Below, one piece after another: positions 50,104-62,285 of a stretch of DNA of 64,000 nucleotides. Origin of the DNA: Tubiluchus corallicola (lineage: Eukaryota; Animalia; Priapulida); the NCBI GenBank assembly GCA_030141605.1, contig JAQGDQ010000002.1:1612001-1676000 (forward strand), written 5' to 3'. Below the pieces are notes generated by a model. It did no database searches and was not told the DNA's origin. It was given only the letters and a program-made list of their open reading frames with translations. A program made the position numbers and the translations under genes. The stretch's first letter is position 1, and each line of letters opens with the position of its first letter.

Positions 50104-52769
50104 GCCGGAAACGAAATGAAACAAAAAGTTCTTCCACTGAACTTGACGAGTCGATTGCCATAATGAGCGATTCACGCAGTCGAGATAGTTCGCCTGGTAG
50201 TTCTTTAAGTAAGAAAGAAAGTCGAAGGTCACGAGCTGAGCGCAACAAGTCTGATCCTACTGCATATCGTGTTAAAGAGAGACCACATTCTGGCAGCAAA
50301 AGCGATGAAAACCGTAAAGCAATATGTGAAGATAAATTGGACAGTGCTACACCATCTGGTAAGCCTCCGCCACCTACAGTGGTGAATGAAAACAGTGCTT
50401 TAGTCCAGCCAGCAGGCATAGCCAAAATGATTAATTTGTCGCCACTGCCAAATAAGCATTCCAATGATCCTAAAATCATTGCAGATTTAGTGAGGGCTAG
50501 ACGATCTGAAAGCTTTCGCACGGCTGTATTGAATGAAGATACCACAATTCCACCACCTGTGCCTGAGCATGCAGCTGGGTCTCTGCCATTACGAAATCTA
50601 AATTACAACAACAATCAGCGATTTTTACTGCGGCCCGCTTCTTCAACTGGTGAATATGTTATGCTAAAGTTTCCTGACCGCTTACTAAAACAAGCAACCG
50701 TCTCCAATGAGCAAGCCTTGTATGACAATCTTTCTTCTAGCAGGTTTGCAGCAAGAAGTTTACCCACGCCAAGACCATTATCAGCGTGTGTTGTTACAAC
50801 TTCTGTTGCTTCTGCCACAGTGAGTGCAACAAACGTTTATGACTCCATCTCTAATCGTAAGTGGCAGCGTTATCCCATTGAGCATGATTATGCAACTCTG
50901 AAATATCCCGACGACAGCTTTCAAGCTGAGAAAGATGACGATCACATATATGACGATGTCTATGAACTGATGAATAACATTGAAAAGGATCGTCATGTTG
51001 AAGGGGAGCTAGTTACAGAAACAACAGTGTCGGTTGATCTGAATACTAGGAACAAACCTTTCAAGAGGAAAGCAAAGCAAACTGCCGAACAAACGACAAT
51101 ACACAAATTATCTACACGTTGTGAGTCCATGCCGGATTTCCTAAACCGGTCCTCTAGTGTAGATATTTTAAATAACCATCGTAAAATAGCCCGGTCGAAC
51201 AGTGACTTGGCAGACAGAGTTAACCAAAAAACAACCGATGAAATCATAAATGACTTGCAAGATTTTATAGACAAAACACCAACAGTTAAACCAAGTTCTG
51301 GTAAATTTCCTGTGGAAATCACTGATGCGAATCTGTTGGATAGTGTCCCTTTGCCACCTGTTGAGCAACAAACAAAGTGCGAAGATCCATATGAGGTTAT
51401 TGTTTCGACTGAATCACATCATCACGCTGGAATGATCGGTTCAATAAAACACATTTTGGAAAGCATAGGCAACAAGGTATTGCCAACGAAAGAGTTTAGT
51501 AAAGAAGAGGAAAAAGAACGCATTGTGTTTACTCTGGCCAAAGCATATAGCGATTCCAGAACTAGACCCATTAATGCAGATGTAAAAAATCGCACTACGA
51601 ATTGCTCTGAAAGAAAGTCGAAAAGTGCAGTTATTGGTTCTCGTCTATCTCGTCCAATTGAGCTTGGAATGGCAACGCTTCCTCGACATCGTCCACCACG
51701 TCCTAAAAAAGGTCGCCATAAATCAGAACCACCTTCAGCTATGGATGACAATATAGTGGATCATCAACGTAAAGTTTTTGGTGCTAAATCTCCATCTGGT
51801 GGCTCGCTAGTCGAAGATGAAAATTATGGTAGTATGTCTGAAGGACGTCGAAGTGATGAGATACTAGAATTTTATGCGTGTAGTGACAGTGAAGATTCAG
51901 ACAGTGAAACAATGTGTGATCAATGTAGTTTTGAAAAAACGCTCGATGAAGCACTGCAGACAATGGAAGAAGAAATGCTGCGTGACAGTGCTATATACAG
52001 TGATCAAGAAGATGAAACTCCAGTTTTTTCCAGCCAAACTTCTGTTATTTCATCCCAGACCAGTATCTCGCATAATTTCTCAGTGCGTGGTAAAAACATA
52101 AAAGAGACCATAAATAATATAGAAAATCTGAATCGTCATTCAGAACCTGGACCAATGTTATCCTCAAAACGTGAGCGGAAGAAATCTGACACGATTAATG
52201 AACTTTTAAAAACTCTTGAGGATAGAGCTGCACATCACCAGACTGGCAGCGAAAGTCAACGTTCAGCATCCTGTCCATCTGCTAGCACTGTGGCAACAAA
52301 ACTCAAAGAACTCCAGGAACAAGTGTCAAAAAATCAAGAAGTGCCCATATTACGGGAAGGCCGACCTTTTTCACGGGAAATTTCCCCAGCTGTGATTGAG
52401 AAGCTTGAAATGTTGCAGGATTCTGCTCGTTATCCAAAAACATCAACTTCAGGTGTTAATGACTCTTTAGGAAGATCCTCCAGAGGCAAATCACCTTCTA
52501 TCACAGAGAAGCTTGATATGTTAAGGAAGCAATCATCGCAACATCATTTGGAAAGTACAACTTCGGAACTTGAGGTAGCATCCATCAAAGAAAGACTAGA
52601 ACGTCTACAAGAAATGGTGGGCACATGTCATCGAAGAAAAAGCTGGGAATTTGAGGATGGATTCTTGGATGGGTATTTCCTTCTGGAGAAAAACGAGTCG
52701 CGTCCACCCGCTCCTGGCTGGGTTAAACAAGTAATAGCACAACTACAATCTAGCAGCTCTGATTCTTGA
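50104..52769 (+). CDS. PLEKHG1: RhoGEF terminal exon 11: long disordered C-terminal tail to TGA
   Basis: TTTTTCAG acceptor ends at 50103, in frame with the 908-aa ORF. Summed exons from ATG 40089 give 4566 nt, i.e. 1521 aa plus stop. Confidence 0.9.
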
Positions 52770-53482
52770 TTTGAAGAAAACACCATGAAAATGTTTGCAT
52801 TCCTCTGCAGATGGTGAAACAAACATTACTTTAAACTTAGTGAACTTAGCTTTACAGTAACAAGGCAGAAGCTCTAGCTGCACAAATGTAACTAATTTCC
52901 ATATTAAAATTTAACTAACACGGGAGATGAAATGAAAGTATTAAACAGCCGCTGAGGTTCTTTAGTATTATCAGTGTGACTAGTAATTTACAGAATAGAG
53001 AGTAATTTATGATTCAAGAATTCACAAACCATAAAGTTGACCGTCATACTAATTAATAATGTAATTCCTATTTTGTGCTTCCATGTCTTTTAACAATTTC
53101 ATTAAAAAGATGTTGTCTGACCCAATGGTTTGCTCATAGACCTTCAACATTGCTTTAGGCAGTGCCAGTACAGCGACAATGTGCAATGCTGTAGCAGTTT
53201 ATAAAGATATTACCATATATTTCTCTCTGTAAGCTGCATTTTGTGACTTCCCACAATCCCGATGTCTCTGACTTTTCGTTGCTATAGTTTTGAGAGTTAC
53301 CACGATATATCGTAACATTTATTGTTTCTAGTCATTTTGCTTATCTTATGTATATACATGTATTAAAATCCTATACCTAAAGCATTATGAATTTGTGAAC
53401 ATTTTATATCCTATCCGTTTCTCAATTTTTTGAGTAATATTATTAGAGCATATTGTGTAATGTTATCCATTTATACAGGTTT

Positions 53483-53488
53483 AATAAA
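53483..53488 (+). terminator. Candidate polyadenylation signal for the RhoGEF gene
   Basis: AATAAA about 710 nt after the stop, near where plus-strand composition appears to change from T-rich to A-rich. Confidence 0.4.
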
Positions 53489-56400
53489 GCTTAGCTTAAA
53501 ACAATCATACTTTACTTTATCTTAGGAAAGACCAGACACAATTCTGTTCATATTTCACTGTACATCAATGAAAAATTTCATTTTACTTGCATACCTAAGT
53601 TTCAATTGTTTCTAATCTACTGCCAGAAAATTGAAACAAATCCCAGTGTTTTGTTTTGTTAATTTTTTTCATACCTCTGCAAATTACTATATCTGTTTAA
53701 GTCAAGTGCATAAAATGAGAATTACATTAAATTTAAAATCTAAAATAGTTCAATTAATTTAAATAATGTTTGTAGGTGCATGCAAGATTCCATAGTTAAA
53801 TTTCTAATGTACTTGAGGCCAACAATACTTGAAATAGATTTAGAACACTTGGCTGCTCAACAAAGCCTGAAATATTATAATATTTATCAGAATTTTATAT
53901 TGAACCAATGAATCGTATACATTGTTCTACATATCATCGTATGTACAAAATTGCAAATACAGTGTATGAAGTAATTCTTACCAAACTAGACTAATTTTAA
54001 ATAGATATGGTAATACAATATTAGCTCCATGCAAACAACTCGCAAGATTTCATTACATGTAAACAGCTGCAATTGGTGTATAATCAGCAATAGACGAGAA
54101 ATTATAGGCAGGTTCAATTACTGAATCGGACAACCGAGTGTTTAGCAATTTTCAAAATTACAAAATTAGTATAAGTGGTTACCAGAGATATAAATGTGCA
54201 GAGAGAGACTGCTAGCCTCTCAATACTTCAAAATATACTTTGAATCAATCAATACTTCAAAAGTGTGTCGCTCAAAAATTGTTTTTGTTTAACAATCGAA
54301 TGTAGTTTCGTTTGCCTCACAATTTGCATGAGTCTAACAATCCAACCATTTAAATCTATGGTAGCTACCTTTCTATATATATACAGAGAACAATCAATAT
54401 AGATTGGAAGTAAACTATGATAATAACTACGTACTTGAAATTCTTATTCAGCATTAATTTTTTTGTTATTTTACAATGTGTAATGGACTTGGCAAATGCC
54501 TGTTTACGACAAGAACAAGTCCATTACGTCTGGCTAATGCCTAATGTAACTTGAGTACTGTACCCGCAAACAAATCCCGACTACAGCACTTATAACAATG
54601 TGCATGTAAACAAGTCCAACTGTGACACATACATGTAATATGCTTACAGACGAAATAGTCAGTCACAGAAAAAAGTTGTAAAATCCACATTGAAAAAGCA
54701 TAGTGAGTTCACAACTAATTTGCCAGATGGCACAAAAGTAATCAAATACAGGAAATATACAGTATACAGGAAATCAACCAAACTCAGCTTGCTGAATAAA
54801 CAAGAAGCTTTTGCAGTGACATGCTATCAATTTGAATACTGTGTTCTGTTTGAAAAAGTCAGTTTTGCCTATTCAAGTTATTTACTTTACAATAGAATTG
54901 CAAGTCTTTTAGCTGGATTTTAAAATTTTGAAACAAATTTGATGTGCTTTAGTGAATTAATTAATAAATCAGCTGGCAATTAACACACTCAAAAAGATGT
55001 TTTAACTGTGATTAGTCAGAACTAATAAGCCTTATATCCAAAATGGTTTATATCAAAAAACAGTTAGCTTTACGGTAAACTCATAGCAGAGAGGTTGCAC
55101 TGAAAAATTGTGACTACATCGAGACTTGAACCCGAGAACTGTGCAAGGGCATAGGTGGCATTGTTTGGTTCTGTGTGCAATAGGGATAAGTTTTTTCATG
55201 TGGTACATAATTCACTTGGTTAGAGGAAGTGGACATAATCTCAGATTCAAGTGCCAATGTATATCACAATTTTTTATCATCACCTTTTTCTGCAACAAAT
55301 TTGCCGTAAGCCTAACTGTTCTTTAATACACTATAAACCGTAATAATTCTGGCTAATCACAGTCAGAATGCCTCTTTCAAATTTAGATAACCTGCCCTGC
55401 TGGCAGTTCCAGTGTTAAAAAACATTTTACACTATTCTTTGCATAATAACTGCACTGCAGTAAAATATGACTAAAACTTCAAGTCTATATATAACAAAGG
55501 TTTATAATGTGATTATAGATAGCAACACAAACAAAATGACATCAAATACTTAGTCAAATATTTACAAGTTTGGGTAAAAATACATTGCAGCAAACATGTA
55601 CTCAAAAACAATGGAACACGTTCTAACACTTTAATAGTAAGATCACAATATACCCAGCTTGTAAAATGACACTAATTGTGTCTAGGGACCAGCAGCTAAG
55701 TTACTTTTCAAAACAAATGCTAGCATGTTAAAACTACCTTCAGTACATAAATGGACCAAGAGCCGAGACCTTGTCAAGAAAAAACACTGCTTACACCAGT
55801 CTCTAAGAGCATAGATGGTCCCCGTTTTACACGTTAAACCCTACATAGTTGCACAAAAGCAGGCTGTAAACATGGTAGAAATGTTGAACATGGTTCATGA
55901 AATGAATCCAAGCCGTCTGCAGCATAGTTGCTAGGCTCATAGGAACAGTACAGTGGTCACATCATATTTTTTTCTTCATCAAATTATTGCACCGTATGAA
56001 AGATCAAGCAATGATTATCGTGAAGTATCTACTACATACCCAGGCCTATGTTTATATTTGTTCATTTGTTCACCTGTTTCTTTTGCTTTCACAAATGAGA
56101 AATTGATTCGAGGGAAGGGAAAAATCATGGTCATGTTCCTCCTGATAACTCCTGGTGTTATGATGTGTGTTGTGTTAACAAGTTTGTAGTTCATCTGATA
56201 GTGAACGAGGTGAACAGCACCATATGTAGTGTAGTATCTTATTCAGGGCACATTATAATTTCTGAGAAAGCTTTGCAAGTCTAGAACAGTTCAAAAAACT
56301 ACCTGTTGCCCAATCTGGATAGTTCCTGTGCCATTCAAGTAATGTTAGTGTTTTCATGTGAGGAGAAATAATGATTTGCCATACATTGAAATAAAATTCA

Positions 56401-57076
56401 ACGGAATCTTAAATATTGCCATTTTTTGCTCATCCACTGATGGATAATACAACACTAAAATTAGAAGCAAAAACTATGTAGAAGGAAAGTATTGATAAAA
56501 ATAATCCATATTGGTAAACAAGTATAGTCTTTAAAATAGAATTTTATTGACGACCGGTTTTGAACAATTACTGTTCATTTTCAAGGCATCTAAAAACAAA
56601 GAAATTTTACCAGAATGAAGAAACAACATTGTACTTCTAAGTTGTTTCTACATTCTGGTAAAACTTCTTTGTTTTTAATTGCCTTGAAAATTAACAGTAA
56701 TTGTTCGAAAGCGGTTGGCAATAAAACTCTATATTGTTATAAACAACAAATTTTCGAAACCTTATTTTATAGATTCTCCTATTTCACGCCTTTTGCCATT
56801 ACTGAATACGAAATAACTGAAGGTTGTTTTAGAAATTGAAATTTCAACGAAAATCACTTTCGCATTTACTTGTAGTAAAATAATCATCGATCACTAGGAC
56901 ATTTTGAGGTACTATCCAAATGTTCTGTAGAAAGCGTCAATTATATCCAGTGTACCAGGGCAGACATCATCTATCTTGCAGCCACAGTTATTAAACTACT
57001 AGACACCATAGAAAAAATCATACACAATCAAAATCATATTAGTAATTAATTATGTACATTAAAATTATGCTAACTA

Positions 57077-57296
57077 TCAATTATTGTTTGATTCAACATT
57101 TATCGAAGGCTGTTCATCTGGAAAGCCCTCACTTTCTGTCACTAGTGCACGCTCTAATATCACACGCCCCTCTTTATACCGCTGATTTTCCTCCGTTGCA
57201 AATTCGTATATCCAACCTAACTTGGCATCACAGTTTTTACACGAGACATCGCGTACCATATGTCGCCCAGTCAACATCATTCTGTCTTGGACTTCA
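57077..57296 (-). CDS. YPEL5: Yippee-like 5, coding exon 2: [52 protein letters not shown]...
   Basis: TTGCAG acceptor (AG 57298-57297), 220 nt to TGA; near-identical to recalled YPEL5/yippee with the second CxxC. Confidence 0.96.
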
Positions 57297-57688
57297 CTGC
57301 AACAGCAATGTACAAAAGGCTATGTACATGTACAGGTATTGCACTTGTATACTATTATCAGTTATCATGGAGATTTAAGAGTTGTGACACATATTAAACC
57401 ACATATCATGGTATGAAATCAATTACAAAAGCAATTAATTTCACTTTTATGTATTGCTGTTATTACTGCATATCAAACTTGATTAGCCAGTTACATTACT
57501 TTACCGCTGGACTTTCAATTATAACGAAATTAGTTGGCAATAACTCATTTAATGATGCACAGATAGGGGCAGTACCAATAAATAATTACAGTCCAATTTC
57601 AATATCTTAGTCAGCTGTTCAATATAAAATTAGCACCCCATAAGTCAACTGATCCCCAAAAGCCCTTGATAAGAACCGATACCTGTAC

Positions 57689-57849
57689 CTATAGCTGAGA
57701 TTAACCACTTTGTTAAAGAGGAAAGCTCGTCCTGTTGCACCAGTAAACCTTGTTGAGATCAATTCGGATCTGTTGGTCAGCACAGTCTCACAGCTAGCAC
57801 AGCTAAAGATTCGGCTGCCTCCTATATGGTCTAGAAAAACTCGTCCCAT
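57689..57849 (-). CDS. YPEL5: Yippee-like 5, coding exon 1: [53 protein letters not shown]; spliced protein 126 aa
   Basis: ATG at 57849, donor AG|GTACAG; phase 2 matches exon 2. The exon extends as 5'UTR to the acceptor at 57907. Confidence 0.96.
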
Positions 57850-57983
57850 TGTTTAAGTTTATTGCAGTATACTGCAAATAGTTTAGCTAGAAGCTTATAG
57901 GCCTGCCTGAAACAAATATATGAAATATATTCATTTAATAAGACTTTTCATAGTTTCGTTGTGTGCACGTGTAATTGCTGTAG

Positions 57984-58275
57984 GTCAAAGGTTAAGTGTA
58001 CCACAGCAATGCATCTTAACTACAATCATCACGTGACATGTGGGTAATGCAAAACATTAGTTCAATACCTTCAGTTATTTCTCGTAGACTTTACTTAATT
58101 ATGTGTTAGTCTATGCATAGAGTGATATACTAGCAGGATCTGGCTTGGAAACAAGAAAAAATGAACTAGATAAGGTCTTAGCTACCTGTTAAAACTATTA
58201 CTATAACAATAGCTTGGGCTGCGGGACATTGTCAAGTGTACACAAATGTGTTATCTGGTGCACTTAACCTTTGAC
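57984..58275. repeat. 20-bp inverted repeat pair in the YPEL5 5'UTR intron
   Basis: GTCAAAGGTTAAGTGTACCA (57984-58003) versus TGGTGCACTTAACCTTTGAC (58256-58275), 19/20. Confidence 0.85.
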
Positions 58276-59883
58276 ATTTCCACCATCATCATCAATCGCT
58301 GGAATTGTGAAAAGGTTTATTCTTTTGACCTATGAAAATTTAACCACATAAGTCAAAAACTAATTCTCGGGTTGTGGCTATCGAATAATAACAATCAAAC
58401 GCAAAATGAAACTCTCGACTCTCCATAAATTTATGAAAAAATTTAAATCATTTCCAATTATCGATGATCAGCAATTTTTCAACACTGTGATGACCCTACC
58501 ATCCTTTGACAGTTTTGTAATTTTCCATTGCAATCCCAACAGCATTGCCAGGTAGATTCCATGTATTTTGAGTATCTTCAGTTTATTTTTGCATTCCTTA
58601 TAAAGAAATTAGTTCAAAATTCGGAAATTTTCATTATTAAAAAAGTGGCATTTGAATATTGGGTTATATGAGTGATAATGTTCTTTGGCAGTAGGACATG
58701 ACACTTAGTCATCACACGGGTGACAAAAAACTGACAACGGCATACGCTACACCACTAGTTTGATCTATTATGAGCTGTCCAGCATATGCAGCAGGAATGA
58801 TGCAGCATTTTTTAATATAAACAGTAAAAATACAAGTGAGAATGTGCAACACCAAATTCTAATCCTACTACCACAACTGCAATTAAAATGTAAAAATAAA
58901 CCAATGTCCAGACAAGACAGTTATGATTGCTGAAGAAACTCACAAAATATCACAGATTCAGTATTGTCTCACAAAACAGCACGAATTTTAATAATGCAAA
59001 AGAACTGCACCCCTGTTAACAATAGGAAATGAACTGACCCTCCTATGACCTCAAGAACATCCAGCCCAGTGGTAATTTTCCACTCCAACAAAGAGAACTT
59101 ACTGAGACAAAAGTCCGTTAGCTACAACGTCGAGTGTGTGACATATAATTAACTAACATCTTTATTAAGCTCGATATCATGTTATGAAAAAAGTAAACAC
59201 ATGCTTAGCTGACAAAGAAGCACTTTTACAATACGTGAAAACCTTAACTTGTTGTTGTTTAGCGTTATTAAGCAATCCGTTCCAGACTCAGCCACTTCAT
59301 AAAGGACTTCTTATCCTTGGAAAAACTCTTCCTGTCAGAATAATCAACGCATTTATCTCTTTAAAAGCAGCTAAAATGCAGTTTTTTTTTAAAATTATTT
59401 GCAAATGTTGTTTTTTTCAGTAGTAGTGTCTTTCTAACCACAAACAAGTTCAACGTTCAGGTTTTCGGTAAATATGCCTGGCAAAATCAATGTTTACGTG
59501 TGCAGCTGATGACTGCCTGATGTATCGATCACCAAATTTGTGTATGCAGCTTTGGGCGAATAATACTGCCAAGGGTGCGGGAAGGGGCTGCGAGGGGCAG
59601 CCACTCTCCTCAGTTCCTACCATCCTTTAACAATAGTTTGCTTGAAAGCGTAACTGACTGACTGTTGTTCCAATAAAGTTAGCAGTATTGGTTTTAAAGT
59701 GAGTGCAATATAACATGAATATTTTAAAACTTGTACACAAGAACAGTGCCATAATAAGTGGAATGAAAAAAAAAAACAAGTAGGTTTAACAAAATTCATG
59801 TAATGCCTATGATTGATCATAGACATATATCGAGGTCCATGGATTGAGTGTAGCAACTGGTTGGTTGGTCGTATTTTTGCAGA

Positions 59884-60371
59884 CAGCCCTAGATTAACCA
59901 TTAAGTAAAATAATGCACCATTAAGCTAGGCACAAAGCATGTGCCTAGGGCCACAGCGCCCCACACAGTTTTTTTCAAATCGAATAACTACCCAAAAGTA
60001 AAATACTGGAATATGTGTGGCAATTTTGTATTTCTTTACAGTACGGTTGGGATAGGCATGGAGATTCTATAGTTACTGGTTAGCCTGTGCTGTTCACTGC
60101 AAAAGTGCACATATGATGACATTGATTGATTATATAATGTTTCATAACAAGTGTGGTAATGCTTCTAAAAGTGTGGGAATGTTGAAATCAGAATGTGGCC
60201 TTTGACAGCCCTAGGATTTATTGTAAATAAAACTTACGGCAAGTTTTTTTAAATCGAAAGAAAGAATTTCATTTTACAATATAGTATTGTCTTTATTCTG
60301 AATTACACAAATATGGGTGTACCATAATCTTTTCAGTGCTTAGAGCCTGTCGAGGTCTTAATCCGGCCCTG
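59884..60371. mobile_element. Non-autonomous hAT-superfamily element (MITE), 488 bp
   Basis: Right TIR (reverse complement) CAGGGCCGGATTAA, left TIR CAGCCCTAGATTAA (10/14); perfect 8-bp TSD TTTGCAGA at 59876-59883 and 60372-60379; subterminal CCTAGGGCC motif. Confidence 0.88.
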
Positions 60372-60574
60372 TTTGCAGATTGATTTGGCAAATCTGATGC
60401 ACGATAAATAAATACGTTATAATACATCACAATTAATTATGTTTGATGATTAACTGCAAGTTATATAGAAGTTATGATTACGTTATTCTCACTTTATTAA
60501 CGTTTGCTTATCAAATTTATGTTACTAATGCTTGTAAATTACTTAAGTGAAACTGGTAGGTTTAAGATACTGAC

Positions 60575-60900
60575 CTGCTTGCGTTACAGCAATTAATCTT
60601 ATTTTTTATTGTTGTACTTATGACCTGGATGGACCGCCTTTTAAATTGCTTACTGCCTGAAATGAGTTGGTGCTGCACTCTTAAACTGGGTATATACTTG
60701 CTGGTTTGGGGGATGGCAAGAAATGTTTACAGCAAAACTAGAGCGCAGATGATCCTTCATCTGCTGTGCAAGATTGGTTCGAATCGGTTTCAGCTGTCTC
60801 CTAATAAATAATGTGGACTGACAGATGGACACGACCGAGAATAAGGCTCGACTAAGTGAAGCCATTGAATCAAAAAACAAATAATCTAACCTTGTCGCAG
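60575..60900 (-). other. Putative first (5'UTR) exon of YPEL5 containing a uORF
   Basis: GC-richer segment between the ALKBH1 3' end and the YPEL5 intron; candidate donors CA|GTAAGC (60654/53) and CAG|GTCAGT (60575/74); ATG at 60865. Confidence 0.45.
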
Positions 60901-61260
60901 TGTCCTCACAACAAATAAACAACCTCAATGGAAATAATTAAATAACTTGTAAAAATTAATTTATATAACATGCAAAATCATTAATTAGCTTCTTTTTGAC
61001 GCCGATGCTACACTTTTAAGCTGATATTAGAAATCTGAAGCAATATCACGTACAACAGGATGCTAGCTTCTATAATGCTGTTAACCTTTTATGATATATC
61101 GTGTACAGCATGTAAAGCCATCGACTGACCAGAAGGACGAACCCTTTCAAGTTAGTGTATACCCTTAAAAAGTTGTGCGTACTTGTGTTGTGCAACTGTT
61201 TTATTCTCCACTAGACAAGAAAATCTATTACGAAAATTCAATTTTTTGCGCAAAGTAAAT

Positions 61261-61266
61261 TTTATT
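61261..61266 (-). terminator. Candidate polyadenylation signal for ALKBH1
   Basis: TTTATT on plus about 160 nt beyond the stop; a second copy at 61200-61205. Confidence 0.5.
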
Positions 61267-61424
61267 AAAAAATAATTATTTTAGGTCATGCTCCACACCA
61301 CTCATCAGAATGCTATAATACAAATAAATTACAATTCTTTACAAAAATATACATTATAGCAATTAAGCATACTAGTTGCATTAGTTAAGTGCATTTGGAA
61401 ATGAAGTCAACGAAATTTTGGCAC

Positions 61425-61695
61425 CTAACTTGGGAAACATTGCCCAGGTGCCAGCACTTGTCTAACATTCACATTGATGCGACTAGATTTTAAATATTGC
61501 AAAATTCCAGGCTCTGCTTCTGAAAATATATGTTGAACTTCATCATTATCGCAGTCCAATATTTTGGGAACAGCATGATATGCCAGACGGGACTGGCCCG
61601 ACAATGCAACAATGTCACCACTTCGCAAGAACATAGCTAATGGCTTCACGGCTTTTGTTTGTCCACCAACCAGGAACACTGCTGTCTGTCCAAAA
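61425..61695 (-). CDS. ALKBH1: ALKBH1 nucleic-acid dioxygenase, last exon: FGQTAVFLVGG...MFLRSGDIVALSGQSRLAYHAVPKIL...RINVNVRQVL
   Basis: TGTAG acceptor (AG 61697-61696), 271 nt to TAG; distal Fe-binding His (HAVP) and 2-oxoglutarate-binding RxNxxxR. Confidence 0.94.
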
Positions 61696-62285
61696 CTACA
61701 ACAGAACATCAGAATTGTAACACATTTGTAAGAACAGTATTTTGTCTATCTATAAACAAGCATTGCTTGCAAATTCTTTACTGCAGTCTACCATTAAAAC
61801 CAAAAGTACATTGCTAACATTTAAAAATGTGCAGCCTATGAGCATGCATAACTGCTTATATTGAAGAATACTCAATAAACATTGTACATGTATTTCAAAA
61901 CGTATAGTCTCTGTAGCAGTCACTTCCAGTTTAGCCCTAGTGCCTTCAAAAACACACATGAAAAACAAACTGCAGGGTTATTCTAAGTGAAAATCAATTA
62001 AAACTGCTTTCAAAATTAACCAATTTTCAATTTAATAGAAGAGTGAGACTGAGATCATCACAAATTGCCTAACATCAGTCACACCTAGGCACAATTTTTT
62101 TCAACAGAAAGCAATAATATCAGCAATATAGCAAATATGTCTGTAATACAAAGCCAGTGGCAATATGGATGGACCTTAAACTCAAAAATAACTTTGGTGC
62201 CTTTAATGAATGGTCCAAAATAAGCCATTTTAAAACAATATGGGCATCCAGCATACATTTTGCTGGAAATATTTTATTTACTTAC

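Noticed and set aside
52767-52817. Stop-codon readthrough or selenocysteine at TGA stops (RhoGEF, YPEL5, FoxL1)
   Set aside because: No UGA-CUA context and no SECIS recognised; YPEL5 has tandem TGA-TAG.
50093-52822. Multiple antisense or alternate-frame ORFs within the terminal RhoGEF exon
   Set aside because: Shadows of the long coding exon.
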